Shown piece after piece: positions 1-10,832 of a DNA stretch of 64,000 bases. This DNA is from Bacteroides sp. (GTDB taxonomy: Bacteria > Bacteroidota > Bacteroidia > Bacteroidales > Bacteroidaceae), in the NCBI GenBank assembly GCA_021202275.1, contig JAJQDI010000025.1, positions 8,112 through 72,111 on the forward strand, given 5' to 3'. The notes below the pieces were generated by a model. It did not search any database and was not told where the DNA came from. It saw only the letters and a list, made by a program, of their open reading frames with translations. The position numbers and the translations under genes were made by a program. Each line of letters starts with the position of its first letter. Position 1 is the first letter of the stretch.

Positions 1-2
1 TA

Positions 3-704
3 GATGAATTCAACTGGAGTGACGAGCACAACGGGTATATTCTCAAAGGATCGGAAGAGTATGACAAAGACATCCAACCGGGAAGCTGGAAGTTCCGGGA
101 CATAGATGGTGTACCAGGCATCACCAGCGACGATAAGACCGTGATCGGTAATGCCAACCCGGACCTGATCGGAGGTATCCTGAACAACTTTACCTACAAA
201 GGTTTCGACCTGTCTATCGGATTCAACTTCCAGATCGGAGGCCATGTATACAACGCCAATAAGATGTACTTTACAAAGATGAACAACAAACACCGCAATT
301 CACTTTCAAACGCGACCAAACGCTTCACGTATATCGATGAAACAGGACGGAATGTATTCAGCGACCCCGCCAAACTGGCAGCCATAAATACCAACGCCTC
401 TTATGCATCCATCGACGGATCATCCAATCTGGCTTTGCATTCGGGATACATTGAAAAAGCATCGTTCCTGCGTCTGAACAACGTGACATTCGGCTACACA
501 CTACCCAGAACACTGACACAGAAATTCTATGTAAATCACCTGCGGTTCTATGCTTCGGCATACAATCTGCTGACCATCACGGGATATTCCGGATATGATC
601 CGGAAGTAAACAGCAAGCCCAACGGCGGACTCACCCCGGGAGTAGACTGGGGAGCTTACCCACGTAGCTTGTCTTTTGTATTTGGTGCGAACCTTACTTT
701 TTAA
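3..704 (+). CDS. susC: SusC/RagA TonB-dependent transporter, C-terminal part (5' truncated by window edge)
   Basis: Frame is open from nt 3. Typical SusC C-terminal motifs GSWKFRDIDG...DKTVIGNANPD, ASFLRLNNVTFGY, YSGYDPE, YPRS and terminal Phe. Directly upstream of SusD. Confidence 0.95.
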   Translation, partial: DEFNWSDEHNGYILKGSEEYDKDIQPGSWKFRDIDGVPGITSDDKTVIGNANPDLIGGILNNFTYKGFDLSIGFNFQIGGHVYNANKMYFTKMNNKHRNSLSNATKRFTYIDETGRNVFSDPAKLAAINTNASYASIDGSSNLALHSGYIEKASFLRLNNVTFGYTLPRTLTQKFYVNHLRFYASAYNLLTITGYSGYDPEVNSKPNGGLTPGVDWGAYPRSLSFVFGANLTF

Positions 705-726
705 CCCACTCTAAACGAATGAAATC

Positions 727-2433
727 ATGAAAACGATACCACTGAAAAACAGCTTTTGGAAAACGCTATGTATAGTCCTGACCGGGCTGGCCTCCACTTC
801 CTGTTCGAATTTGCTGACAGAAGAGACCTACGGAAAGCACAATTCGGATACTTATTTCGAGAATACCGAGAAACTGGAGATGGCGGTAAACGGCGTGTAC
901 GCGATCTTCAACAAACAGGCCACTTACGGACAATACTGGATGGTGTATGATTGCGATACGGATATTTCACACATCAGCGGAGCAGGTACAGGACATGTGG
1001 CGCGCGACCTGGGGCACTACAATGCCTATACAGAACACTCCTGGCTACAGGAAACCTGGATAGCCTATTACGAAGGAATAGACCGGGCCAATACGATCCT
1101 GGAGAAGAAAGAGGACGTAAAGATAGCGGACAGCGCGGATCAGAAACTCTTTGACCGGCTGATCGCACAGACCAAGACCCTGCGGGCCATGTGTTTTTTT
1201 GATCTGACCCTGCTGTGGGGAGATGTGCCCATGAAACTCACCCCTTCCCAGGCAAGTGAAGATTTCATGCAGGGACAGACCCCGCGTGACGAAGTATACG
1301 CACAGATCATCACCGACCTGGAAGAGGCTATTCCGGATCTGCTCTGGCACGATGACCCCGGACAACACGCCGAGCGTATCTCGAAAGGTGCGGCTATGGG
1401 ACTACTGGCCAGAGCTTACCTGTACAGAGGGGGATATTCGTTGCATAACAACAACGGTACAGGTACCATGAAACGCTCAGACAACTATCAGGAATATTAC
1501 CGAAAAGCACAAACGGTACTGAACGAACTTATCAGCTCCGGCAAACACGGCCTGCTGGAAGGAGAGACTGTAGACGGAGAATTCCGCAGTGGATACGAAA
1601 AGACATTCCGCAATATGTGCGAAACGATTTACAACGCTTACGAGAATATCTGTGAACTCTCTTTTTTCACCCCTACGGGGCAGAACTACGGTTCTTTCAT
1701 GGGCACCTACAACGGACCTGCGATCAACGATCAGTCTATCTATGGAAGGGCCAATTCATTTATCAAAACACATTGTTTTTTCTACGATACGTTTGAGGAA
1801 GATGACCTGAGAAAAGATGTAGCGGTAGCTACCTTTGAGATCAATGCGGCCAGCGAGATCAAACAGATCGACAGAGAAAAGAGCCAGAACTGGGCTCCCG
1901 GAAAATGGCGTCGCAACTGGCATACCGGAGCGGTTAAGGGCAACAACGACACAGATGTGAACTGGGTATTGCTACGCTATTCGGATGTATTGCTGATGAG
2001 TGCCGAGGTAGAGAACGAACTGGCCGGAGGTCCCAACGACACAGCTATAGAAAGAGTCAATCAGGTACGCCGCCGCGCGTTCGGCAAACCCTATCTGATC
2101 CAAGATAACAACGTGGATCTGAAACTCAGCGACTTCTCCGGAAAAGAAGATTTCTTCACCTTCCTGACAGAAGAGCGGGCACGGGAACTCTGTTTCGAAG
2201 GGTTGCGCCGTCAGGATCTGATCCGTTGGAACCTGATTGAAAAAGCCATCAAAAAGACGCACGAACAATTCCTGGGCTACTTCAATTCGGCCAATGGAAA
2301 TGCTTATACGTTCCGTGCCGGTGAGTTCTTCACACCGGGCAAGCACGAACTATACCCTATTCCGGCACGTGAAGTACGGGAAACAAAAGGTGCGCTGATA
2401 CAAAATCCGGGATATACGAACGCGGAAGAATAA
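727..2433 (+). CDS. susD: SusD/RagB glycan-binding lipoprotein
   Basis: Lipoprotein signal (LASTSC). SusD motifs WGDVPM, AAMGLLARAYL, LLRYSDVLLMSAE, ERARELCFEGLRRQDLIRW, LYPIP. Confidence 0.95.
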   Translation: MKTIPLKNSFWKTLCIVLTGLASTSCSNLLTEETYGKHNSDTYFENTEKLEMAVNGVYAIFNKQATYGQYWMVYDCDTDISHISGAGTGHVARDLGHYNAYTEHSWLQETWIAYYEGIDRANTILEKKEDVKIADSADQKLFDRLIAQTKTLRAMCFFDLTLLWGDVPMKLTPSQASEDFMQGQTPRDEVYAQIITDLEEAIPDLLWHDDPGQHAERISKGAAMGLLARAYLYRGGYSLHNNNGTGTMKRSDNYQEYYRKAQTVLNELISSGKHGLLEGETVDGEFRSGYEKTFRNMCETIYNAYENICELSFFTPTGQNYGSFMGTYNGPAINDQSIYGRANSFIKTHCFFYDTFEEDDLRKDVAVATFEINAASEIKQIDREKSQNWAPGKWRRNWHTGAVKGNNDTDVNWVLLRYSDVLLMSAEVENELAGGPNDTAIERVNQVRRRAFGKPYLIQDNNVDLKLSDFSGKEDFFTFLTEERARELCFEGLRRQDLIRWNLIEKAIKKTHEQFLGYFNSANGNAYTFRAGEFFTPGKHELYPIPAREVRETKGALIQNPGYTNAEE

Positions 2434-2436
2434 AGA

Positions 2437-2737
2437 GATTTACGATTGGACGATTTACGATTTACGATTGAAATAACATTGTATTGTATTTCCAAGGATC
2501 TGCTGCATGTACTTGTAGAGATGCGAAGAGATTTACGATTAAACATATATGTATCATATACCTGTAGAGTCACGTCCAACAAAAAATGCGTTCTACACGG
2601 TTCATGTATTCCCTTCGGTGTGCTGAGACGTACGTCGTGTGTCTCGTATGTTTGCATATAAAATGTTACGCATAAGGATTTGAAAATATTCTTTCTGTAA
2701 CTTCAATCGTAAATCGTAAATCGTCCAATCGTAAATC
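2437..2737. repeat. Heptamer inverted-repeat cassette H1 (GATTTAC arm / GTAAATC arm)
   Basis: 2437-2472 GATTTAC GATTGGAC GATTTAC GATTTAC GATTGAA is the exact 36-bp reverse complement of 2702-2737. Begins 3 nt after the susD stop. Confidence 0.95.
2560..2648 (-). repeat. Degenerate REP/REPIN fragment nested in cassette H1
   Basis: Reverse complement (gagacacacgacgtacgtctcagcacaccgaa...cattttttgttggacg) aligns with 32955-33029 (gagacgcacggcgtgcgtctcagcataccgaa...cattttttattggacg). Confidence 0.75.
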
Positions 2738-2778
2738 CTTTTGTATTATATTTGGGTAACCAAACCGGAAGACACGTC

Positions 2779-5700
2779 ATGAACAGAAAAACAATTTATT
2801 TTTGTCTCACTTTTATCGCATGGCTTCACTCTCTACCGGCTTCCGCTTTCAACCCGGAACCGATCTCTTTCCAGCACATCGGTCTCAGAGAAGGATTGTC
2901 GCAAAGTACAGTCTTCTCCATCGCCCAGGACAAACAGGGCCATATGTGGTTTGCTACATACGATGGGGTGAATAAATACGACGGATACGAGTTCAAAGTC
3001 TACCAGCACGACAGCAACAACCCGTTGTCACTGGCCAACGACATTGCCCGGGTAGTACGCACAGACAGCCGGGGCAGGATATGGATCGGTACGCGTGACG
3101 GTCTCTCCCTGTACGATGCCGGGAAAGACCATTTCCGAAATTACTTCTACGCAACCCAGGAAAAGAAAACGCAGATCAATGACATTATAGAGGTGGAAGA
3201 GAATACCCTGCTGACTGCCACTCCGGAAGGTCTTTTCTTCTTCCGGACAGAGGAAAGCCGTTTCGTAGCGGACTCATTGAGCCCTGCTTTCCACAGGCTC
3301 GACGCCACTACCCTCAGACGAGAAGGGGAGCAGATCTACATCGGAACATACGAAGGATTGTATCTCTACTCCATCGCTTCGGGCGAACTGAATCCGGTGA
3401 CACAGGCGCTGGAACAGAAGCGCATACAATCCGTACTCCGGCAATCGCCCACCCGTCTGTGGGTAGCTACCGAAGGAGCAGGACTCTATCTGGTAAACCC
3501 GCTCAACGGAGAGGTGGTGAAAAACTACCGTCACACTCCCGGAAATCCGAAAAGTATCAGTTCCAACTACATACGCTCCCTGGCATTGGACGCGCAGAAC
3601 AGGCTCTGGATCGGAACCTTCAACGATCTGAATATCTACGACGAAAGCAACGACTCCTTCCGGTCCTATACAAACGATCCGGTAGACGATACCAGCCTTT
3701 CGCAAAATTCCGTACGGAGTATATTCAAAGACAACCAGGGCGGCATGTGGCTGGGCACCTATTTCGGCGGACTGAACTACTACCATCCGCTGAAAAACCG
3801 TTTCCGCCACATCCGGCAGATCCCTTACAGAAACTCTCTCAATGAGAACATTGTCAGCTGCATGGTGGAAGACGAACGGGGCCATTTGTGGATAGGGACC
3901 AACGACGGTGGCGTCAACCTCTACGATCCGCAGCAGGAAAAATTCGTCCATTACACCCTGCCCTTAGACGCGCAGACAGGAATCGGCTCCAACAATATCA
4001 AAGCCATCTATGTAGACGAGCCCGCAGGCAAGGTATACATCGGTACACACGCCGGAGGATTATATACCCTGGATCGCAACAGCGGACGGATCACCTCGCA
4101 CCACAGCCGCAACAGCGACCTGCCGGACGACAACGTCTATGCCATCACTCCCGCGGAAGACGGCTGGTTGTGGCTGGGTACCCTGGCAGCGCTGGTACGC
4201 TTCCACCCCGGCTGCCAGCTGTTTCAGACCATACACCAGGAAGCTGGCGGAAAACCGTTTACCCACAAACAGATCACCTGCCTCTTCCGGGATTCACGCG
4301 ACCGGTTGTGGATCGCCGGTGAAGAAGACGTGTCGGTCTATCGCTGGCAAAACGGTGCGCTTTATCCCGCCACGTTGCCTGTGACCGACCTGCCTCTCCG
4401 GCATATGTTCACCCATTGTATCCACGAAAGTGCAGAGGGTGTCTTCTGGATAGGTACCCGGCAAGGTGTATACCGCTATTCGGAAAAAGACAGGACCATC
4501 CGTCACTATACCATCCACGAAGGACTTCCCAACAATGTGGTCTATGGCATCCTGGAAGATAGCTTCGGACGCCTCTGGATGAGTACCAACAAGGGACTGG
4601 CCTGTATGCAGCCGGAAACAGAAAAATTCAGGAATTTTACGGAGGCAGACGGACTGCAAAGCAACCAGTTCAACTCCTTCTCTTACTGCCGTACCTCGGC
4701 CGGACAATTCTACTTCGGAGGGATCAACGGGATCACCGTATTCCGTCCGGAACTGCTGCTGGATAATCCGCATACACCGCCCGTGATCATCAACCGGCTG
4801 CGACTTTTTCACCGTACCGTGCGTCCCGACGACGAAACAGGCATCCTGAACCGTCACATCAGCCTGACCGACCGGATCACACTGACCGCCGCCCAGAGTT
4901 CTTTCGCACTGGACTTTGTGGTGTCTAACTACATTGCCGGGCCACACAACACATTCGCCTACCAACTTCAGGGATACGACAAAGAGTGGTATGAACTCAC
5001 CGATATACGCAGCGTCTCCTACTCCAACCTGCCTCACGGTACCTATCGTTTTCTGGTGAAAGCAGCCAACAACGACGGCTTGTGGAACCACACCCCTACT
5101 GAGCTGGAGATCGTGATCCTGCCTGTCTGGTACAGGAGATGGTGGGCCATACTCCTCTTCTTCATGATCCTCTGCACCGTATCCATACAGATCATCCGTT
5201 TCTTCTGGATGCGTCAGCAAATGAAAAGTCAACTGGAGATGGAGCGTAAAGACAAGGAACGCCAGGAGGAGATCAATCAGATAAAAATGCGTTTCTTTAT
5301 CGACATCTCACACGAACTGCGCACACCACTCACCCTGATCATAGCACCTTTGCAAGAGGTACTCAACCGGGTCACCGATCGCTGGACACGCAATCAGCTG
5401 GAGCACATCCGCCGCAATACCAACCGCCTGCTCCATCTGGTGAACCAGTTGATGGACTACCGTCGGGCAGAGCTGGGTGTCTTCCGTCTGCAAGTCAGAC
5501 AAACGGAAATCCATGCAACGGTAAAAGAGATCTTCCTGATGTACGACAAAGCGGCACGAAACAAAAACATCCGATATACCCTGCACAGCGAAACAGAAGG
5601 GAAACTCTACCTTGCCGATACCAATTTTGTAGAACTGATGTTGCACAACCTGCTTTCCAACGCCTTCAAGTTTACAGGAGAAGGAAAAAGCATAGAGGTC

Positions 5701-6840
5701 GCGCTAAGAGAAGAAGACGGGTGGCTGTTCCTGCGGGTTTACGATACGGGCAAAGGAATACCTCTTCACAAACAGAAGAAAATATTTGAACGATTCTACC
5801 AGATAGGCAACGAACATACCGGAAGCGGCATCGGTCTTTCTCTGGTACAACGGCTGGCCGAACTACACCACGGACACATAGAAGTAGAAAGCGAAGAGGG
5901 ACAGGGCAGCAATTTCACGATCTGCCTGCCGCAACAAGCCGCAACCTACTTGCCGGAAGAGTGGGCCGATGCCCAGAGCGAAACTGCCACCCTCTCCTAC
6001 ACCACCAACGCACCGGAGATGTATGTCCTGGATACCGACAAAAACGAAGAGATGCCGGTAGAAGAACAAGGAGAGAAAAAAGGCACATTACTTCTGGTAG
6101 AAGACAACCCCGAGATCCTGCGCTACCTGCGCGAAGGCCTGTCTGCACAGTATCGCATCCTGACAGCCGGACACGGTGAAGAGGCACTCGAACGACTGAA
6201 AGAGGAAGAGGAGATAGATATGGTGATCACGGATGTGATGATGCCCGTCATGGACGGCATACGACTCTGTAAGACACTGAAACAAAATATCCGCACCTGT
6301 CACATCCCGGTACTGATCCTGTCGGCCAAAGGCGAACTGAAAGATCAGCAGGAAGGACTGAATGTAGGAGCAGACGATTACATACCCAAGCCCTTTACAC
6401 TCTCTATCCTCACTACCAAAGTACAGAATATCTTGCGTACGCGCCGGGGAATCATCGATCATTATATCCAGTCGGGAAGTATCGAACCGGAAAAGATCAC
6501 TTTCAATGCTCTGGACGAAGAATTGCTCCGCAAAGCGGTAGCTGTTGTGGAAAAACACATGGATGATATCGAGTTCACCGCCGACGAGTTTGCAAGAGAG
6601 ATGAATATGAGCCGTTCCAACCTGCACCTCAAACTGAAAGCGGTCACCGGGGAATCCACTATCGATTTTATCCGGAAGATCCGTTTCAACGAAGCGTGCA
6701 AATTACTGCGCGACGGGCGTTATTCCATTGCACAGGTAAGCACCATGGTAGGGTTCAACACTCCCTCCTATTTCGCTACCAGCTTCAAGAAATATTTCGG
6801 TTGCCTGCCCACGGAATACATCAAAAGCATACGCGGATAA
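2779..6840 (+). CDS. Hybrid two-component system sensor-regulator (beta-propeller/Y_Y_Y sensor, His kinase, receiver, AraC HTH), likely the heparin PUL regulator
   Basis: Reg_prop repeats, TM helix, ISHELRTPLTLI H-box, LLSNAFKFT, GSGIGLS, receiver DVMMP, C-terminal AraC (VGFNTPSYF). ATG at 2779 preferred over the TTG at 2752. Confidence 0.95.
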   Translation: MNRKTIYFCLTFIAWLHSLPASAFNPEPISFQHIGLREGLSQSTVFSIAQDKQGHMWFATYDGVNKYDGYEFKVYQHDSNNPLSLANDIARVVRTDSRGRIWIGTRDGLSLYDAGKDHFRNYFYATQEKKTQINDIIEVEENTLLTATPEGLFFFRTEESRFVADSLSPAFHRLDATTLRREGEQIYIGTYEGLYLYSIASGELNPVTQALEQKRIQSVLRQSPTRLWVATEGAGLYLVNPLNGEVVKNYRHTPGNPKSISSNYIRSLALDAQNRLWIGTFNDLNIYDESNDSFRSYTNDPVDDTSLSQNSVRSIFKDNQGGMWLGTYFGGLNYYHPLKNRFRHIRQIPYRNSLNENIVSCMVEDERGHLWIGTNDGGVNLYDPQQEKFVHYTLPLDAQTGIGSNNIKAIYVDEPAGKVYIGTHAGGLYTLDRNSGRITSHHSRNSDLPDDNVYAITPAEDGWLWLGTLAALVRFHPGCQLFQTIHQEAGGKPFTHKQITCLFRDSRDRLWIAGEEDVSVYRWQNGALYPATLPVTDLPLRHMFTHCIHESAEGVFWIGTRQGVYRYSEKDRTIRHYTIHEGLPNNVVYGILEDSFGRLWMSTNKGLACMQPETEKFRNFTEADGLQSNQFNSFSYCRTSAGQFYFGGINGITVFRPELLLDNPHTPPVIINRLRLFHRTVRPDDETGILNRHISLTDRITLTAAQSSFALDFVVSNYIAGPHNTFAYQLQGYDKEWYELTDIRSVSYSNLPHGTYRFLVKAANNDGLWNHTPTELEIVILPVWYRRWWAILLFFMILCTVSIQIIRFFWMRQQMKSQLEMERKDKERQEEINQIKMRFFIDISHELRTPLTLIIAPLQEVLNRVTDRWTRNQLEHIRRNTNRLLHLVNQLMDYRRAELGVFRLQVRQTEIHATVKEIFLMYDKAARNKNIRYTLHSETEGKLYLADTNFVELMLHNLLSNAFKFTGEGKSIEVALREEDGWLFLRVYDTGKGIPLHKQKKIFERFYQIGNEHTGSGIGLSLVQRLAELHHGHIEVESEEGQGSNFTICLPQQAATYLPEEWADAQSETATLSYTTNAPEMYVLDTDKNEEMPVEEQGEKKGTLLLVEDNPEILRYLREGLSAQYRILTAGHGEEALERLKEEEEIDMVITDVMMPVMDGIRLCKTLKQNIRTCHIPVLILSAKGELKDQQEGLNVGADDYIPKPFTLSILTTKVQNILRTRRGIIDHYIQSGSIEPEKITFNALDEELLRKAVAVVEKHMDDIEFTADEFAREMNMSRSNLHLKLKAVTGESTIDFIRKIRFNEACKLLRDGRYSIAQVSTMVGFNTPSYFATSFKKYFGCLPTEYIKSIRG

Positions 6841-6870
6841 CAAAACTGATAGTAAATTCAACAAAACTGA
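6839..6870 (+). promoter_or_regulatory. Candidate HTCS/AraC binding site: direct repeat AACAAAACTGA x2 with 21-bp period
   Basis: Exact 11-mers at 6839-6849 and 6860-6870, upstream of a TATTTTTG -7-like box (6935-6942) that precedes GH88. Confidence 0.5.
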
Positions 6871-7123
6871 AAGACATTGAACCTCTATTTTATTCCTTTC
6901 AACAATTCAGGACAAGCAGAAATAAGTCATGCGCTATTTTTGCTTTCGTAACGGAGATGACAGGCAGATCTCTGTTTCCCACTCCGGAGAACAGGAGAAA
7001 CAGATCCGGAAATCCCGAACCGGAATGATCCCTGCGCCCGGGAAAAGTGAGAGAAGAGCCGGTCACCGGGAAAAATCTCCTGACAGAAAAGTTGAATCGT
7101 TAAAATATAAGGAATACATACGT

Positions 7124-8392
7124 ATGAAAAAAAGAGTTTTACTACTGGCAGTAAGTGCTGCCCTAATCTTCACCGGATGCCGGAAAGAAACGGACCCATC
7201 CTACAATTGGGTCCGGAAAGGTATAGAAACAGCCACAGCGCAGCTTCTTCGTACTTCCGGCGAAGTAGCCCATACCGGAATGCTACCCCGCTCCATCTGG
7301 GTAGGATACGATATGGATTTTCTGTGCGCGCAACTCGAACGGGACCCGGCCACATTCAAAGACTCGCTGCGGGTGATGCCTGTGGAGAAGCTGGGCGAAC
7401 GCCGGCTCTGCCACATCTATGACTGGACCAGCGGCTTTTATCCCGGTACACTCTGGTATCTGTACGAACTGACGGGCAATCCGGAACTTCTCCGGTATGC
7501 CACTCACTTCACCAACCTGCTCTATCCGGTGCGGGAATACACAGGTACACACGATCTGGGATTTATGATCCATTGCAGTTTCGGCAACGCGGCCCGTCTG
7601 GCTCCGCACGACTCCATCGCGCCGATCCTGGTACAGACAGCAGATAATCTGATCTCCCGTTTCGATCCGGAGATCGGATGTATCCGTTCGTGGGATTTCG
7701 GATGGTGGAATTTCCCGGTGATCATTGATAATATGATGAATCTCGATCTGCTCTTTGAGGCATCACGCATCACCGGCAATCCCAAATACCGGGAGGTAGG
7801 CATCAAACACGCGCTGGTGACCATGAAGCATCATTTCCGGCCGGATCATTCTTCGTACCATGTGGTAAGCTACCACAACGACGGTACGGTAGAGGCACAG
7901 GAGACGCATCAGGGGAAGAACCACGAATCTTCCTGGGCACGCGGACAGGCATGGGCACTCTACGGATATATATCCTGTTATCAGGAAACAAGCAATCCGG
8001 CCTTCCTGAAAAAAGCAGAAGACATCGCGCGGTTCATTATGGAACGGGTGACTACAGAAGACCTGATCCCCTATTGGGACTACGACGCACCCGACACTCC
8101 GGAAACTCCGAGAGACGCTTCGGCAGCCTCTGTCACGGCATCGGCACTGATCACACTCAGTACGCTGGTCAGCAACGGAGAGGTTTATTTAACCTACGCG
8201 GAAACCCTATTGAAGAATCTGTCGTCACCTGATTATCTGGCCAGACCGGGAGAGAATCAGGGATTCATTCTGATGCATTCTACCGGCTCACTGCCCAACG
8301 GATCGGAAATAGATACTCCACTCAACTATGCGGATTACTATTACCTGGAGGCGCTCAAACGCTACGTGGACCTGAAGAAATTGACGATTTAA
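7124..8392 (+). CDS. GH88 unsaturated glucuronyl hydrolase (lipoprotein)
   Basis: Signal MKKRVLLLAVSAALIFTGC. Motifs DWTSGFYPG, THDLGF, IIDNMMNL, WARGQAW, RDASAA, YADYYYLEAL. ATG 7124 is the likely start. Confidence 0.93.
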   Translation: MKKRVLLLAVSAALIFTGCRKETDPSYNWVRKGIETATAQLLRTSGEVAHTGMLPRSIWVGYDMDFLCAQLERDPATFKDSLRVMPVEKLGERRLCHIYDWTSGFYPGTLWYLYELTGNPELLRYATHFTNLLYPVREYTGTHDLGFMIHCSFGNAARLAPHDSIAPILVQTADNLISRFDPEIGCIRSWDFGWWNFPVIIDNMMNLDLLFEASRITGNPKYREVGIKHALVTMKHHFRPDHSSYHVVSYHNDGTVEAQETHQGKNHESSWARGQAWALYGYISCYQETSNPAFLKKAEDIARFIMERVTTEDLIPYWDYDAPDTPETPRDASAASVTASALITLSTLVSNGEVYLTYAETLLKNLSSPDYLARPGENQGFILMHSTGSLPNGSEIDTPLNYADYYYLEALKRYVDLKKLTI

Positions 8393-8420
8393 CGATGGAC
8401 GATTTACTATTTACGATTGA
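8381..8420 (+). repeat. Heptamer arm H2 overlapping the GH88 stop
   Basis: TTGAC GATTTAAC GATGGAC GATTTAC TATTTAC GATTGA. The GH88 TAA (8390-8392) lies inside the arm. Only a weak partner arm near 8506-8524. Confidence 0.75.
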
Positions 8421-8572
8421 TGTTAGTTTTTAAATCAGATCGGATGTATACCGGTAGGCCCAGCAACCGTAGTGCCTGTAGCCCTCGTATAAAAGAATAT
8501 CATCCGAATCGTAACCGATAAACCATGCACGATCGCAGATCCTCTGAATGATCAAACCTAAAAATAATTAGT

Positions 8573-10594
8573 ATGAACTACCTAGTAAAAAAACTTTTGT
8601 ACATCATCTGCCTGATCTGCACTACCGCATTACAGGCACAACAACTACGCCCGGAAATATTCTCTCTGATAGACCTCAACTATCCGGGACTGGAACAAGT
8701 AAGATCCCTGCATCAGGAAGGCAACGACGTTGCAGCGGCAGAAGCATTGCTTGCCTATTACCGCCAGCGCAGTCACATCAACCACCCCGAAGTAAATCTC
8801 AACAACGTAACGATCAGCAAACAGGAGCAACAATGGGCCGATGACGCGCTGGAGCATACATTCTTTGTACACAAAGGCTATCAGCCCTCTTACAACTACG
8901 GTAAAGACATCAACTGGCAATACTGGCCCATCAAAGACAACGAACTCCGCTGGCAGTTGCATCGCCACAAATGGTTCTCCCCGATGGGAAAAGCCTACCG
9001 GGTGACGGGCGACGAAAAATATGCCCGGGCATGGGTACACCAATACATGGATTGGATCCTCAAAAACCCACTTACAGGAACAAATAAACAACCACACAAA
9101 CTCATCAGCAGCGGCGAAGTGAAAAGAGACGCGGAGAATGCACGTTTTGCCTGGCGACCACTGGAGGTAAGTCACCGTCTGCAAGACCAGACAGGTCAGT
9201 TCCTCTACTTCCTGTCCTCTCCTTCCTTCACACCGGAATTCCTGACCGAATTCCTGGTCAATTACCACCGTCATGCCCTGCATATCTCAGCCAATTATTC
9301 CGACACAGGCAATCATTTGCTGTTCGAAGCCCAACGCATGATCTACGCAGGTGCTTTCTTTCCCGAATTCAAAGAGGCCGGATCGTGGAGAAAAAGCAGT
9401 ATTGAGGTGCTGAACCGGGAAATCCACCTGCAGGTTTATCCCGATGGCGGACACTTTGAACTCGACCCACACTACCACCTGGCCGCGATCAACATCTTCT
9501 GCAAAGCACTCTTTATGGCCGATGTGAACGGATTCCGGAATGAATTTCCAGCCACTTACCTGGATACCGTAGAAAATATGATTCTTTTCTACATGAACAT
9601 CTGCTTCCCGGATTACACCAATCCTTGCTTCAGTGATGCCAAACTGGGCGATCGCAAAAATGAGCAGAAAAACTACCTGATCTGGAACCGGATATTTCCG
9701 GACAACCAGCAGATCCGTTATATGGGTACAGCCGGAAAAGAAGGAGTACCTCCCCACCAGCTTTCCAGGCCCTTCAAACACTCCGGATTCTTCGTTTTCC
9801 GCAACTCCTGGAAAGAAGAAGCCACGATAATGGTACTGAAAGCCGGACCAAAGGGGTTCTGGCATTGCCAGCCGGATAACGGAACATTCGAATTGTGGTT
9901 CAACGGTCGCAATCTCTTCCCCGACTCCGGGGCGTATGTCTATGCCGGAAATGAAGTGATGGAATTGCGTAACTGGTTCCGCCAGACCCGGGTGCACAAC
10001 ACCCTGACTCTGGACGGACGCAACTTAGAAACGACCGAATCGGTGTGCCTGCACTGGCAGGGAGAGGGAGAGGTACAGACCTTAGTCACTGAAAATCCCT
10101 CTTACGAAGGATTGCGACACCGACGCACTGTCTTCTTTGTAGATAATACCTATTTCGTGGTGGTAGATGAAGCCATTGGCAACGCCACAGGAGAAGTCAA
10201 TCTGAACTATCAATTGTGCGAAGGGGAGGTAAAGATCGACGCAGACCGTCATATCCTGCTTTCACAATTCGAAGGCGACAGCAATGTCAAACTCCAGTGT
10301 TTCGCGGAGAAAGGAACTACCCTGCGTGAAGAAGAGGGCTGGCGTTCTACCGCCTACCGCCAACGTGTGGAACGCACAGCCGTCTCTTTCAATACTCCCA
10401 AAAAGCAAGGAGATACCACCCGATTCATCACTGTGATCTATCCGGTGAAAGATGCAGCGCAGGCGCCTCAGCTATCTGCTAAGTTCACAACAAAAAAATT
10501 CAGTGAGAACCGGGTAGACGTAGAGGTGAAAGTAGACAATAAAAGCCGCAAACTAAGTTGCGAATGGCAAAGAGATTTACGATTTACTGATTGA
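8573..10594 (+). CDS. hepC: Heparin-sulfate lyase, heparinase II/III family (PL12)
   Basis: Signal peptide. Motifs DNELRWQLHRHKW, NHLLFEAQ, FELDPHYH, WHCQPDNGTFEL, HNTLTLDG. Heparin PUL context. Confidence 0.9.
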   Translation: MNYLVKKLLYIICLICTTALQAQQLRPEIFSLIDLNYPGLEQVRSLHQEGNDVAAAEALLAYYRQRSHINHPEVNLNNVTISKQEQQWADDALEHTFFVHKGYQPSYNYGKDINWQYWPIKDNELRWQLHRHKWFSPMGKAYRVTGDEKYARAWVHQYMDWILKNPLTGTNKQPHKLISSGEVKRDAENARFAWRPLEVSHRLQDQTGQFLYFLSSPSFTPEFLTEFLVNYHRHALHISANYSDTGNHLLFEAQRMIYAGAFFPEFKEAGSWRKSSIEVLNREIHLQVYPDGGHFELDPHYHLAAINIFCKALFMADVNGFRNEFPATYLDTVENMILFYMNICFPDYTNPCFSDAKLGDRKNEQKNYLIWNRIFPDNQQIRYMGTAGKEGVPPHQLSRPFKHSGFFVFRNSWKEEATIMVLKAGPKGFWHCQPDNGTFELWFNGRNLFPDSGAYVYAGNEVMELRNWFRQTRVHNTLTLDGRNLETTESVCLHWQGEGEVQTLVTENPSYEGLRHRRTVFFVDNTYFVVVDEAIGNATGEVNLNYQLCEGEVKIDADRHILLSQFEGDSNVKLQCFAEKGTTLREEEGWRSTAYRQRVERTAVSFNTPKKQGDTTRFITVIYPVKDAAQAPQLSAKFTTKKFSENRVDVEVKVDNKSRKLSCEWQRDLRFTD

Positions 10595-10832
10595 CGATCG
10601 GAGACGCTTCGCTATTTACGATTTACGGATTTACGATTTACGATTGATATTACATAGATTATAAATAAAGATATGTATCACGATTATATCACTAATCCAG
10701 GGAAATTGTTTAAAGTGAAGTTAATCCCTTCAAAAGAGTTACTTCAATCGTAAATCGTAAATCGTAAAATCGTAAATAGCGAAGCGTCCCCGATTGTCAA
10801 ATCGTAAATAGCGAAGCGTCAAATCATAAATC
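10574..10832. repeat. Heptamer inverted-repeat cassette H3 between PL12 and sulfatase
   Basis: Left arm 10574-10648, right arm 10744-10832. The 22-mer GACGCTTCGCTATTTACGATTT (10603-10624) has exact reverse complements at 10767-10788 and 10799-10820. Right arm abuts the sulfatase ATG. Confidence 0.92.

Noticed and set aside
2752-2778. Longer ORF-track starts (2752, 6929, 22357, 34482, 42774, 51258, 58807, 61766)
   Set aside because: Downstream ATGs give proper signal peptides or lipoboxes, or avoid overlaps, so the shorter starts were used.
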